DNA of 62,630 nucleotides, counting the filler, from Asterionella formosa (lineage: Eukaryota), in assembly GCA_002256025.1 (NCBI GenBank). It is 21 parts of 21 records of this genome, joined end to end, with 100 filler letters (N's around TTAATTAATTAA, not from the genome) between each part and the next. Parts side by side here need not be neighbours in the genome. Positions count along the whole stretch, not along the records: positions 8,861 to 36,114 come from NKIB01001555.1; 20 more parts are not named here. One strand, 5' to 3'. The translations under genes were made by a program, and so were the position numbers. The notes under the pieces are model-generated. The model ran no database searches. It was not told where the DNA came from and saw only the letters and a list, made by a program, of their open reading frames with translations. Positions 12,810 to 25,216 of the stretch are shown here, piece by piece; position 1 is the stretch's first letter, and every line of letters starts with the position of its first letter.

Positions 12810-12982
12810 ATATTATACTGCAGTAATACTGCAGTCTACATTTTGAGAAAGACAGTATACTGGCATACTGTATTCAATTACTGAACATTATAAAATATTC
12901 GAATATGGAAATGACAGTATACCAGCCAGTATACTGATACTGCTACCAAGAATGCAGTATTACTGCAGCAGTGGTATAATAC
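12810..12982. repeat. ~170-bp imperfect palindromic element (MITE-like)
   Basis: CTGCAGTAATACTGCA at ~12818 pairs with TGCAGTATTACTGCAG at ~12953; internal CAGTATACTG palindromes. Confidence 0.55.
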
Positions 12983-13919
12983 CACCAACATATGCCTATA
13001 TGTAAGAAAATGTTAAAGTATTTCCTTATATATATTCATATATATATATTGTTAGACAGAGAAGACAATAGGAATAGAAGTTTGTTTCTCTTTCTTTGCT
13101 TTATAATTATTTTGAGTTACTAAGCTAGTTTTTACATTTGTTCAGTTTGGATAATGATCAATTGATTGAACTAATCTCCAAATATCTTTACATTGCTTGT
13201 CAGATCATTCATTTATAGATCGACACTTCCCTATCACACATTCATTAATCATAGGTTTATAGCCATTGATTGTTAGATTCAAACAATTGCACTTTCGAAT
13301 GGTCCATCTTGTCTGGCTCATACAAGCAGTGTGGTTGATGGGAGTGGTTTGGTACACCCAAAGTCGACTCATTCGACTACGAGTCACAACTACGGCACCG
13401 GTATACCGGTAGAGCATGAGGTCTCTTTGGCTGACAAGGCAGGAGTAGCAACTGGTAAAACCTGTTGCGTTGTAGGAGTACAAGGTAGCAGGTACCTGGT
13501 ACCAGTGGAAAGGAGCAGGCACGGTATATGTCTATTACTGTAGAACACTTTTAACATTATTGGCGGAACGTCCTGAGGGAGGATCCTCATCAACAAACCG
13601 CCAGCCGTGAGCGATTACAATACGACTGGTATTACTGGCATTTCATGCTCACAACACCACCCCGAGGAGTCTGTAGTGACTAATAGGTTCCAATACCGGT
13701 AGGCCCTCCTAACTCCTGCCCTTGCATGGATTAACACAGCGACTTTGCTTCATTTCTATGCAACTCGAAAGATCAAAAGGGACTGCTTCTATCTTATCTA
13801 TTTAAGTACTGGTAATAACACCTCTAGTGACCAAATTCAGGACACGTACACAATCGACATTTCTTTGCTCTTTTCAAATCTCTATTGATGCTTCAGTGAC
13901 CTATTGTTTCTGCAATCTC

Positions 13920-16115
13920 ATGACCTCCCTTGAATTTACCCCTTATCTGGAGGAATCGTCTCGATCTGTGTCTCCTTTGTATTCTATGATAGACCTGGAA
14001 TCAATTCGACAATGCTTGAATTATGCCCTAGAATTTGAGGCCAGTTCGACCACCGCAACGCAATCGAATGTACCCGAGAAGAATTCAAACAAGATGCACC
14101 TGACCAATTGCGGATATTCTCGTCGAGAAAGGGATACCTCGTGGCAGATTCGATATAAACCATTTGGACCGATACATACAGGCGTATTGGCAGGAACCGA
14201 CGATTCTAGTACAGCTAGGGTCTTGACAAGTGTTGCAGTCGCTCATTTTGAATCGAACGGCAACAAAATGATTCCGAAGAATCTCGTTTTATTTTCATTG
14301 AAATGCGCAGAATTGCGCCATCTTTTGGAAAACGGACGAGATGGTTTGCTGCGGAAGAAAGGCACAGTCGTCGAAAGAATACCAGCATTAAGTCGAATGG
14401 GAGGCGGAACGCCCGTAGATCTGGGACCTTTGCTGCTGCCTCTATTAGGATCCAACGCACCCGTACCCGTAAATGTTGCTCAACTCATTGATATGGCCGT
14501 GGCCTGCACGTACCCTGATCATTTTGAGGGCATCGTCTGTGGAGAGTGGAAGATTCGACCTCATAAGAAAGGAACCAATCTGATCAAGTTCATGCAAACC
14601 CCGATCAGCTTTGAAGCTGTTTCCTATTTGATTAGAGATTGCTTGCAACCTGATCTATATGATTTCTCTTCGCCAAGTAATGGTCGAGTAAGATTAAAAA
14701 TACCAGTAATTCCCTGCCCCACACGACAGGGCCCTAGAAAGCGAAGAAAATTGACTGATAATGAAAGACTTGAGCTGGTTGATCAGACATCAGCAACACG
14801 TGCCACCCCGAAACGATCATTTCAACACCAGCAGGAAAGTCTAATCAAAAAGCAGCAGCGCACAAAAGAATCGAAGGGGACCGCGACAAAGCGATCAACA
14901 CGTCAACGCAAGTCGGTCAGGCCGTTCGACGCAACACCATGGACATTAACGCAAAAGACAAGGATGATGGAGGAATCAAGACAAGGAAAGAAAGCTTCAA
15001 ATGCATCAAAAAATGCAATGAAGAGAGGCCAAGTGGAAGCGACAGAACAACGAGGGGAACTTGCAAACCCAACTGCACATGGAATGCGAGTTGGTACTGT
15101 GCCTGGTACACAAGCTTCCACTCTGCGAAAGCGACAGGAGGAGTCACTACAAGCAAGACAGCCTACTCGATCAAGCGCTCGTATAAGAAGTAAATCTAAG
15201 GTCGAATATAACATCAAGGCCTCAGAAGAGGACAAGATTGATCAATCGACAATAAGACGAGCTCAGAGCACACATCCCATCTTGCAAACCAGAAAGGCAC
15301 CGACAGCACGACGAGTACCCACTTCAACGCGAAAAGTGGCTTTCATTGACGGTGCGGAGGCGGTATTTTTGGAAAAGGAAAACGAAGGATCCAACGTGGA
15401 ACATGATGATCACTGGTTAATGCTTGACTTCCATGGAATTGTTTCTGATTACAAATATCACGACTTTGACCCAGTGGATTTTGGTTTCACCATCGAAACA
15501 GCAACAGAAGCAATCCAGAAACAGCTCGACGCGATACAAGAAAAGAGTCTGAACAGCGCGGATGACGAGATCTATTCGGCCGAAACAAAGATGTACGCTA
15601 GATCCATGCAAGAAAGGCGTCAGAAATCAGACTCAGAACGAATCGAAAAGGAGAGAAATCGTGAGGATTACGAACGGCGACTGATGGAATACCAGTACTA
15701 CGGAGCAAAAAAACGATCAGCATACGATATTGAAATGGAAGCATTCTCAGAGCGTTCTGTTCACTTTGCTAATCGACGAGAAAGTTGTCGAAGTTTGGCA
15801 TGCCCGAACGGGCCAAACTGTGACGTTTGTAGCCCGCCGGACGGAAACACCGGATCCTCGCAATTCTCTAAAATTGGATGCGAGATTTTTTCCCCTTCTA
15901 TTCGACCAAGCGACGTCAGGGATAGGTGGAGGTTATCAACGGCTGACACCGATCCAGAATTGATCGTAAAAGGGAAGAACAAAGCCTTTGGCTCACGACG
16001 ATCAGGCCGAAATTTCAACAAATGGCAACATTCATTCTACATGCTCTCCGAAATGAAGCACTCGTTACGTTTTATCATCAATTACAACAATGGATATTTA
16101 AAACAGGATGAGTGA
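13920..16115 (+). CDS. Hypothetical protein (~731 aa) with a basic low-complexity middle and a C-terminal Cys cluster
   Basis: Long open frame with first ATG at 13920; NLS-like PRKRRK; CRSLACPNGPNCDVC near the C-terminus. No family recognised. Confidence 0.8.
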   Translation: MTSLEFTPYLEESSRSVSPLYSMIDLESIRQCLNYALEFEASSTTATQSNVPEKNSNKMHLTNCGYSRRERDTSWQIRYKPFGPIHTGVLAGTDDSSTARVLTSVAVAHFESNGNKMIPKNLVLFSLKCAELRHLLENGRDGLLRKKGTVVERIPALSRMGGGTPVDLGPLLLPLLGSNAPVPVNVAQLIDMAVACTYPDHFEGIVCGEWKIRPHKKGTNLIKFMQTPISFEAVSYLIRDCLQPDLYDFSSPSNGRVRLKIPVIPCPTRQGPRKRRKLTDNERLELVDQTSATRATPKRSFQHQQESLIKKQQRTKESKGTATKRSTRQRKSVRPFDATPWTLTQKTRMMEESRQGKKASNASKNAMKRGQVEATEQRGELANPTAHGMRVGTVPGTQASTLRKRQEESLQARQPTRSSARIRSKSKVEYNIKASEEDKIDQSTIRRAQSTHPILQTRKAPTARRVPTSTRKVAFIDGAEAVFLEKENEGSNVEHDDHWLMLDFHGIVSDYKYHDFDPVDFGFTIETATEAIQKQLDAIQEKSLNSADDEIYSAETKMYARSMQERRQKSDSERIEKERNREDYERRLMEYQYYGAKKRSAYDIEMEAFSERSVHFANRRESCRSLACPNGPNCDVCSPPDGNTGSSQFSKIGCEIFSPSIRPSDVRDRWRLSTADTDPELIVKGKNKAFGSRRSGRNFNKWQHSFYMLSEMKHSLRFIINYNNGYLKQDE

Positions 16116-16277
16116 GGAAGCTCTTGTTACTTATGAAAATTCAATTCAACTTTTCAATGACTACTTCGAAAATGAAAAGTAATAAAATAAACTCATAATG
16201 CGAATCAAACTTTACTTGGCACTTGCTTCTACCTTGGCTGCGGAACAAAATCGTTATGAGTGTCCTCGGTAACAGGC

Positions 16278-18760
16278 TTATTTTCCAATAACATCGGCTT
16301 TTCTTTCCCTTTTAGGCGTTGTACTGTCTTTTCCTGTTGGCGCACCTATCGCTGTTGGTGCTTTAACGGTTGCAACACGAGCAATATTCTTTTCCAACTG
16401 CTGCGGAAGGAGAACGTGCTGTTGCATCAGAGTATTGGGACCATGGAATTGCTGAGACCCGAAATCTCCATGCACAGGCTCATAGCTATGAGCATGAAAG
16501 AACAACACAAGGAATGTCCATATGTGCAGGACAATGAGGTATAAAAGAAAGCCACCACGAGCAAGGGGATTGGACCGGAGGAACTTCCCAGTTTGTACTG
16601 CAAAGCTGTCAAGAGCGTCTATGGCCTTCCCGACTGTTTCAGCTTGTTGATTCTGAGGATTGTTCAATAAAAATGCTGATCGAATGGAACCACCATTTTC
16701 ATTGTCGAGTTGACCGCGTTTCCCTCCGCGTCGTCGCATTCCACCACTAGATGGCCCATCTTCAACATCAAAAGGGTTCCTTGAACCTTCAGCCTCAGCA
16801 ATAGCAAGAGCGAGTTCAGCTTGATCTGCTCTTTGCACTGCGACCTTAAGTCGGTTCTTAAGAGCAGCTAGCTCACTACCACATTGAACAAGCTTCTCTT
16901 GCTGTTTCATCACTTCGTCAGACAAGCACTTGACATGACTCGAACTATCTACGACTTGATCAACATCAGAGGTTTCAAGCATAGAGTCTCGTTTGGCATC
17001 CCGAACACAAGATTGAAGGCGAGCAATTGTAACTGACATATCAGCAAGCTGGCGGTCATACTGAGTTTGCTTTGACCGGAACAACAATGCTTCATCGGCC
17101 CTCTCCTTTGACATATCCCGAAGTTCATCGTGCAGTGTTTTGGCTCGCTGACGCTCATGGTCCAGCTGGTTTCTTATATTGTCGATGTCATTTTCATACT
17201 GATCGAATTGAGCCCTCAACTTGTGCGGCCAAGAATCCTCAGCACCATCGACAGCTTCATTTATATTTTCACCAGTTTTGCTTCGCGCGACAACCAGTGC
17301 AGCACCAAGGTCGGCAATTGTACGCTCGAGTTGACCCTCTCTTGCCTAAGCTGGAAGCGTAAGTTATCGAGCATGTTCATAAACCCACCAAAATCACAGT
17401 AAAACGTACCTGCCTTTGACTCAGCTGTCTTGCGTGAAGTGACAACGCAGCATCCAGTTTGTCTTCAGCTTCTCGTTCTCTGAGCATTGCATTATCAGCG
17501 GCTTGCGACATTGCTTCCAACCTATTCCCGAGACCCTCTGAGTTGCCCTGTAACATATTAATCTGAGAAAGAAGAATTGACTTTTCGTCTCTGTAGATGT
17601 AGCGGTTATTTAAATGTGAGCACACGCGTTACTCTTCACTAAATAGTGTGCAACCGCACAAATGAAACATACACGATACTCACTCTAGCGCGATGCACTT
17701 CCTTTGGGCTTCCTGCTCTCGTTCAATAGCGCCTAGTAGCTCCTTATTCCAGTCACCGCCCTCCTCCTTTCGGCGTTTCTCGACTTCACGTAATTGATTG
17801 CGAGATTCTTCAATCAGGTGCTCGTTGCGTGATTTTAGCTCGTCAACGATCGTCTCTTGCTGCTTCCTTAATGCCTTGATCTCGTCCGCATGTCGAGCAA
17901 TGACGCGTTCCTTCTCTTCTTTAGCTCGAGCTCTATCCTTTTCCATACGTTCACCTACCCGCTCAAGTTCAGCTCGTTGCGCTTTAGTCTCCGCCTCGAC
18001 AGCTTCTAGTTGGGAATTCAATGCCACAACATGTCGCCTCAGCATTCGCGCTTCCTTGTGAGCATCTCGTGCGTCAGCCAATGCTGTCTTGTATTCATTC
18101 TCATAAGTATTATCAGCTTGTACCGGTGCTGACTGTGGATTCGTCCTCTTCATATTTGAATTCGAGGCCAGCGACAGTGAGATCTCGCCAGAATTTTCAT
18201 TCGACTCAAGCGTTCGCTCCTCTTGGTCGGACCCCTTCGCATCGGGGTCGGGGCATTCTGTTTTTTCTACCGTGTTCAATTCATCGTTTGCAACAAACCC
18301 GACAGCCTTTGGGTCTCCCTCGTCATTCTGCTTTGGCAAGTCGTTTGGAAGGGGCGTAGATAAGTGTGGCGCGGGGAAAGTTGGATGCTCGGGCGTCGCA
18401 GTCTCGCTCCCCGGCTCGAGTTCAACTATGCCGTCTCTAAAATCTCCCTGAGATTGGGTTTTGTGCTCATGGACAGGTGCATCTACCGGTATCTTCAATG
18501 GTTCTCCATTGACTTCATCCTCAACGGAAGTGAGGCCTCGCCGTGCAAGAATAGATTGAATAGCATCATTGCCTTCGCCATGACGAGACTCATGGCGTTG
18601 CCCGACCTGTTCCTCGATGGCACCTTCAACGGTACCATCGAGCTTCTCGAGGAGGCTATTGACTTGTTTCAACCAGCTGTGAACACAAAACGGAGTCGAT
18701 TTGGTTGAGAATGGCGTCCACCTCTAGCATTCTGGCAACGTTTATGACTTACCGCGACAT
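16278..18760 (-). CDS. GOLGA5: Golgin-84 (golgin A5)-like tail-anchored coiled-coil protein; exons 18760-18753, 18676-17684, 17590-17410, 17345-16278
   Basis: Three GT..AG introns join in frame to give MSRWLKQVNSLLEKLD..., a long coiled coil and the C-terminal TM signature LRSNPLARGGFLLYLIVLHIWTFLVL. Confidence 0.85.
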
Positions 18761-18984
18761 ATTTGAATACTCTTCAATCAACAATACAACTTTCGTACTG
18801 ATTTAGCGCATTAAATCAGAGCGGACCGAAAGCTGAACGACGACTACAGACTGGCATGCCTCTCTGAATCGAGATAAAGGAATCATAGTCTGGAGGATGC
18901 TGCCATGAAGACGATGATTCGATCATGTCGAAACGAGTACCGGTACCGCCAGGTACGAATAAGTTACTGCAATGGTGATACAAT

Positions 18985-19044
18985 CAAAAGTTTAGCTATC
19001 TTTATCCCCAATTAAATTATTTAAGCTAAATGACCGCAACTTGC
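18985..19044 (-). mobile_element. Partial copy of the hairpin MITE, upstream of golgin-84
   Basis: Reverse complement reads GCAAGTTGCGGTCATTTAGCTTAAA...GGATAAAGATAGCTAAA, matching 25122-25179. Confidence 0.75.
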
Positions 19045-21030
19045 ATTTAACAGGTACCGGCACCTGCTGAAGGCAAGACACGTCCGAGGTGGTCTCTTGC
19101 CTGCTACTACACACATGATTACGAGAAGGCAAGTAGCCGCCGAGAAGGGTATCGTTGAGTTAATTCACAAACTAGCTATCGTCGACCGATTCGCTTACCT
19201 CCTGCCCACAAAGTAAAGCATAAATGTCAACATTAGGTTGCTATTGCCCATCATGTAATATATATTTGTATTTTTACACCAATTGAACCGAAGCCCTGGG
19301 ATCACCGAAATTGGCAAGGGGTCTACTTAAGGAAACCATTTTATATACTCTACAGATTTGTTTAAAAGAAATCTAGTATTAACCTCATTTTTGTTCATTG
19401 CCTGAAAAGTGACTCTGGCAATTCACCTTTTACCATTCTGATCATTGTCCATCATGCCCAGTCTGAAGCGAAATGAGTTCATTGATGATGCCAGTAGAGA
19501 TTTGTTGTATAACAGATGCAGTTGGTTGTTGGTTTGCTTGTCTTCTCATGCAATTCATGTAGTCACATCGTCCATATTTCGTTGGTAAAACGATGTTATA
19601 CTATGTGCATATCTGATGTTGGTGGCAAGGTTCTGCTTTGGTCATGCATGCGATGTCCTGCCTGCCGTTGCTATCAGTTCAGTCTCACAACCGGAACCTC
19701 TCGACTTTCTTTTGATAACATTGTCTGCTGTTTCTTATGCTAGCTAGTTAGAGCGGATTGGTGAGTACTACAGTGAAACAATGAATGTGGAATGTAGATA
19801 CTACTATTTGTTGAATTTCCGATTTGGTTGCTTCCAGCCATGGTCCATTTTGATCGCTTGTTCCGCCGTTTTTTGTGTCGTTCCGCACTGTCGTTTTGTT
19901 TCGATTGTATCTATCTACATAAGAACCAATGTATTTATTGATGACTACTCTTCGAAGATGTGGTATTGTGCCATTGTTGATCGTATTTCTTGATTTGTAT
20001 AGTCATTGACCATGCTGTCAATATTGCTGCCAAGCAATGCTTTTCTTGTACTAACGCGCTTTGCTACATTTCTGCTACAAGTTTGTATCACAAGCAACTT
20101 AAAAAATTTCAGCTAGAGGGAGTCGATAGTGCTGGAGCTTCCTGGCGATCACAATCAATTAGAACGGATTGGAATGAAATGATCAGGGCTGCTGTTTGAT
20201 GGTGGGAGGAACGGCTGTGGGCGGAAGGACTGCAAGCAAGCAACTTGGTTCAGCCTACTACAGCGATGTTCATGGTTGCAGCAACCAGATCATCTACACT
20301 ACATCACGATGCAGATTTCAATTGGGTTGAGCTTTTTTCTTCTTATCTATTTCATTTCACTCTTCGATGGTGTGATGGAAAGTCATGGTTGCCTGTGTAA
20401 GTGCTACAATGCGTACGTCTCAACTGAAACTCTTATTTTTTTCTGTATTTCTAGCCCAAAACAATTTTTTCCATTTCTCATTTGATGCTACTTGTTACAT
20501 TGCATGTCATGCTTTGGTTGCTCCAAACATCACATTCAATTTTCATTGATATTGTATGTTACAATCATTCTCATGTGTTTGATGCTTGTTTTACTATTTC
20601 TATATATATTTCCGTTATTCTGGATGTCATCCTAAAATTTGCAATTTTAATCCCGAAAAATTCGATGTGCCCCATATTGCCCCTAAATAAAAATTACTTA
20701 GAGCCTAAATATTACTTAGAAGTACCCCAAATGGCAAGACGATAGCTGGAGCGGGAATTGCCCTTCTGTAAATATTCCCAGATGGGAATCCGGAAACCGT
20801 CGTAGGGCTCCTACCAGCGGATTCCTTGCTGTTCTGTGTATTTACTGGTATCACAAGTAGTCTTTATTACGCTCGCCTTTATAATCCTTACCGGGTAGTT
20901 CGCTAAAAAAAAAGTAACAACCGGTAATTCCTGACTAGAAACATACTTCTTCCTCAATAAGAGTCCACTCCAGATCGCGAACAACGATTAAATTGCAACG
21001 CACCGCCAGGCAAGATATCTCCAGGGACCC

Positions 21031-24000
21031 ATGGCGATCGAAAGAACCTTAACAGTGATGTTGACGAAATTGCGGTACCATTTTGATTTTGATCAGCTTC
21101 AAGCTCGCGTTGCTGCAAAATTCCAAGGAAGGATCGTAGGTGCCACGTTGAAGAAGTCAAGAAAGAAAAACTCTTCTGTTGCAACCATCCGCGTGTGCAC
21201 ATATTTAGCGAAAAGGGAAGTCAAGGCCATCAATATATTGATCAGTGCGGGAGAAAAGTTTGATTGCGGCGAAAAAGTAACCGTCAGCATCCCTAATCCC
21301 GCCGGCCAAAACGGCAAGACTTCAAATCTTCGGGAGTTCTCTGAAAGTCTTGCAAATACGTTTCATTCCCTAGTAGCCAATAATGTGGAACTACTTGAGC
21401 GCTGTGCCGACCGAGAGGAAATGGGTGTGATATTTCAAGCCTTTCTAGCGAAACATGACCAGGCGTATCAAAGCAGAGCAGTTAGACAACGACGACAGAT
21501 TGAAGGCCTCGTCATGGCTCACTTGCGAAAACTGAAGTTGATGCGTTCCCATCGATACGGTGACAATGTGATTATGGTCATTGCAGGCAGGTTGGGAAGT
21601 GGTGATTTCCCTCCGATTGAAGTAAGACAGACGGCTCGGGAGCGAGTTTTGACAAGGAAGGCCGACGAAGAGAAGAACAAGTGCGGCGTGCAGATCTCGC
21701 ATTCGTGCACAGATGACTTGTTGATCAAGCCAGGTAGCTTGGTAGAACTCATGTTTACTATCTCATCAGAGAACCGGATGACGAAATTGAAAGAGATCTT
21801 GATTCAAGGAACAGGTCATCGAGCCTACACGGTCATGGCGATGAAATTTCCCATGCAGATCGCTCATCAGCATCAAATTGCAGTCCAAGTCAAAGCCACA
21901 GGCATTGGTGTCTATCGAGCAACTCTTAAAATGATGTTTGAAAACGAAACAGAATCCTTTTCCATCTCGCGTTTTCTCACAATAAAATCGGGAGATGCTG
22001 AAATGGAAGATATACTCAAGCCCGTTTCCGAATACAAACGAAAGGCTCGCAGAGAATACGCGGCACCAGAAGAAGTAATTCCCCCTCCGACAAAAAATTA
22101 TGTGGGAAAGAATCAGTTTGCGAATCTACCTAAGCACGGAATCCCGAAAGAAGTGAGGTCACTGATTAATGCCCGAGAACTTGAGAATATCATTGAAAGG
22201 CCTGATGGCAGTCTGGGTTCGTATGAGGCGTTCTGGAGGAATATCATCTGGGTATGTGAATTTCAGGCTGAAGTTGACGTGAAATCATTCGACATGGACG
22301 AAACAAGATTGAAAAAGGATGGGCGTCTCTATACTGTCGAGGTTCCTGGACTTGCCGAAGGTCGACCGTCTGTCTCGAGAGGCGACCTGGTGAAAGTAAC
22401 CTTGAAAGGGAAGGAATACCATGGTCGGGTGGAACAGACGAGACTTTTGGATGTGATGATGGAGTTTGATAAATCGTTTGCATCTACTTTCAACACTACT
22501 TTGGATCGCGTGCACGTTAGGTTCACTTTTTCTCGCACAACCTTCCGAACCATGCATGAAGGGTCCATTCGAGCAGAGGAGGAGCTTGGACAGGCAATGC
22601 TGGCTCCGACTTATGAGCACGTTGTTGAGATCCGTAGACATCGTCTGACTCGTGAAATGCCCCCCAACCTGTTTTGGGCAAATCGGGACTTGAACGACGA
22701 GCAAAAGTTGGCAGTGACAAATATTATACGTGGTGAATGCCGCCCGCTCCCTTTCATTATCTTTGGTCCGCCTGGAACTGGCAAAACAACGACTGTCGCC
22801 GAGGCGGTCTACCAACTAGCAAAGCACAAAAGCAAGCCGAAAATCCTGATTGTGGCTCCCAGTAACGACGCAGCCGACAATTTAGTCGAAAAGTTGTCTG
22901 CATTCTTTCCTCCTTCTGAGATGCGTCGAATCTTGGCTTACACTCGAAGTCTCGAGCAGCATTCACCAAGCACGAGAGCATATGCCTCAGAAGGACTTTC
23001 TAATGATGCACTTGCTGCTGAGATTCAATCTTCTCAACTGGTTGTTAGCACAGTGAACCTTGCTGCACGTTTTTCTCTATTCGGAGTGCCGCGGGAACAC
23101 TTTGAAGTCCTAGTCGTTGATGAAGCTGGACACGCCACAGAACCCGAGATCATCGCGGTTGCCGCTACATTGATGAATTTCACCAGACGTGATAAGAAGG
23201 TGGGCCAGTTAATTCTCGCAGGCGACCCTTGCCAGCTGGGTCCTGTGGTCACATCCAACCTTTGCTTAAGGTTTGGGTTAGCAGTGTCGTATATGGAACG
23301 GCTTACAAACTGCGAAATTTACGGAAAAAATAGGAGCAACCATCTCCTTACTCGACTTGTCCGCAATTACCGATCCCATCCTGCCATATTAAAGCTTCCC
23401 AATGAGATGTTTTACGACGGCGACTTGATCCCTTCTGGGCAAGTGCTAGCAACTCACGATATGTCTCGTTGGAAGCACCTTCCAAAACAAGCGTTTCCGC
23501 TATTATTTCATGCTGTGTATGGAGAAAATCTACGGGAGGGTAATTCGCCTTCTTGGTTCAACCCGCAAGAAGCGCAGGAGGTATTGCATTATGTCGATCT
23601 CCTTATCAACCATAGTTACCCTGCCGTTGCAGAAAAAGACATTGGAATCATTACTCCATACAATCGGCAAGCTCAGAAAATCCGAAAATTGCTTCAAACT
23701 AAAAACATCAGCAACATTAAAGTAGGTTCTGTGGAGACCTTTCAGGTGTGTACAAAAATTTAAAAAGAATCATCTACTTTTCAAATCAGCTCTCAACTTT
23801 CTTTGCTTGAAAATCCTTTGCAAATACTTCCAGGGTCAAGAAAGACGATGCATCATCGTTTCTACTGTTAGAGCAGAATCTGAATACATCGCCTCTGATT
23901 TAAAGTATAATCTTGGATTCGTTGCCAATGAGAAGCGCTTCAATGTGGCCATGACTCGAGCCAAGTCATTAGTAATTGTAATTGGACACCCCGCCGTTTT

Positions 24001-24220
24001 GGCTTTGGACAAGAAGAATTGGTTACCATTCCTTCAGTATTGCAAGGAACATGGGGGATGGCTCGGCGAAGCCTGGGAGGAAGATTACGTATTGGTGCCA
24101 GATGATGAGAGCAATAGTCGCTCTATTGATGGCGAAAGCGATTACGATTGGGATTTTGTTGATGGCCCTAGTGTCAAGGTTGTAGAAGATGGGTTGGCTT
24201 ACATTAATTATGAGCTTTAA
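21031..24220 (+). CDS. MOV10: MOV10/SDE3-like SF1 (Upf1-like) RNA helicase, ~1033 aa; exons 21031-23745 and 23834-24220
   Basis: VPGLAEGRPSV (MOV10/SDE3 signature), IFGPPGTGKTTT (Walker A), APSNDAAD, VDEAGHA, LAGDPCQLGP, NYRSHP, SPSWFN, GIITPY. An 88-nt GT-AG intron joins GSVETFQ|GQERR, followed by KRFNVAMTRAK. Confidence 0.92.
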
Positions 24221-24273
24221 AAAATTGCTTATAATATCTGTATTGCTGCGCAATCATGAAAGGCAACCCAAAT

Positions 24274-25071
24274 CTATGGATCATTGCAATTCACCTTTAC
24301 TAGAGCGAAGAGTCCTCCTGGAGAATTTTGACGAATAATCAATATTTCACTATCCAAGAAGGTCACGTCAAAATACCCAGGGGACATCTCAGGGTCAACG
24401 CCGGGAATTTTCGGTATACCAAAGGCAAAACTTGGCAGATTTCCCGCTTCAAACCCGAGGACTTCTACCGGCTTTAGTTTGACGGCTTCAAACTCGAGTC
24501 CAACGCGATTCAACTTATCTCGTCGTGGAGATGCTCGTGTCGTTACTTCCGCCCGTATTAAGGACTGTGGCAAGAGGGACGGCGGAAGCAGAGCCTGGGC
24601 TCTGGGTAGTAGGTCAATGATATTAGTTACCGTTGGTGGATCAAAGACTTGATAAATCGCCCCTACCGTGGATAGCGGCGAAGCCGCAAGCACCAAGACA
24701 TCTTGCGCATTGGTCCAAATCAAACGCCAACTTCCCTCAAGAGGCGACATTGCATCACCAGCGATTCCACGAGCAGCGTCTGTTTCAAGATTGAGGGCTT
24801 CAAGGCTGTCGATTACGCGGAGTGCTTCCTTTCGCGCCGACGGCGACGCTCCAAACCCGCGATCGTAGGAAGCTCCAAGTTGTAATAGCTGCTTTTTGAA
24901 TGAATCCGCCGGAGAAGGACTGTCCATAGATGACGAGGAGCGAAGCACGATCTTGACTCGTGCCCGCTCATGAAGTCTTGACGTCGCTGTTGTTTCTTGG
25001 AAACAAAATGAATTGTTGGTCCATGCTAGCGCTACGACGAGAATTGCAAGATTGCGACGGAGGCTGTGCAT
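24274..25071 (-). CDS. Plastid lipid-associated protein / fibrillin family, with a probable bipartite plastid presequence
   Basis: LKQ-type start then LLQLGASYDRGFGA, LEALN, LEGSWRLIWT, GAIYQ, GYFDVTFLDSEILIIRQNSPGGLF. The hydrophobic N-terminus ends in SFC-F, resembling a heterokont ASAF cleavage motif. Confidence 0.88.
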   Translation of the reverse strand: MHSLRRNLAILVVALAWTNNSFCFQETTATSRLHERARVKIVLRSSSSMDSPSPADSFKKQLLQLGASYDRGFGASPSARKEALRVIDSLEALNLETDAARGIAGDAMSPLEGSWRLIWTNAQDVLVLAASPLSTVGAIYQVFDPPTVTNIIDLLPRAQALLPPSLLPQSLIRAEVTTRASPRRDKLNRVGLEFEAVKLKPVEVLGFEAGNLPSFAFGIPKIPGVDPEMSPGYFDVTFLDSEILIIRQNSPGGLFALVKVNCNDP

Positions 25072-25116
25072 TTTGCTCCGAAAGTTTATAATCTAAGAAA
25101 TGTAATACCGGTAGGT

Positions 25117-25216
25117 AACCAGCAAGTTGCGGTCATTTTGCTTAAACTAACATTTTAATCTAGGATAAAGATAGCTAAATCTTTAGTTTCAGCAAAATTA
25201 CCGCAACTTGCAGGTT
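25117..25216. mobile_element. 100-bp MITE-like hairpin with ~34-bp inverted arms
   Basis: AACCAGCAAGTTGCGGTCATTTTGCTTAAACTAA pairs with TTAGTTTCAGCAAAATTACCGCAACTTGCAGGTT (3 mismatches). Other copies at 3379, 18985 and ~52160. Confidence 0.85.
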
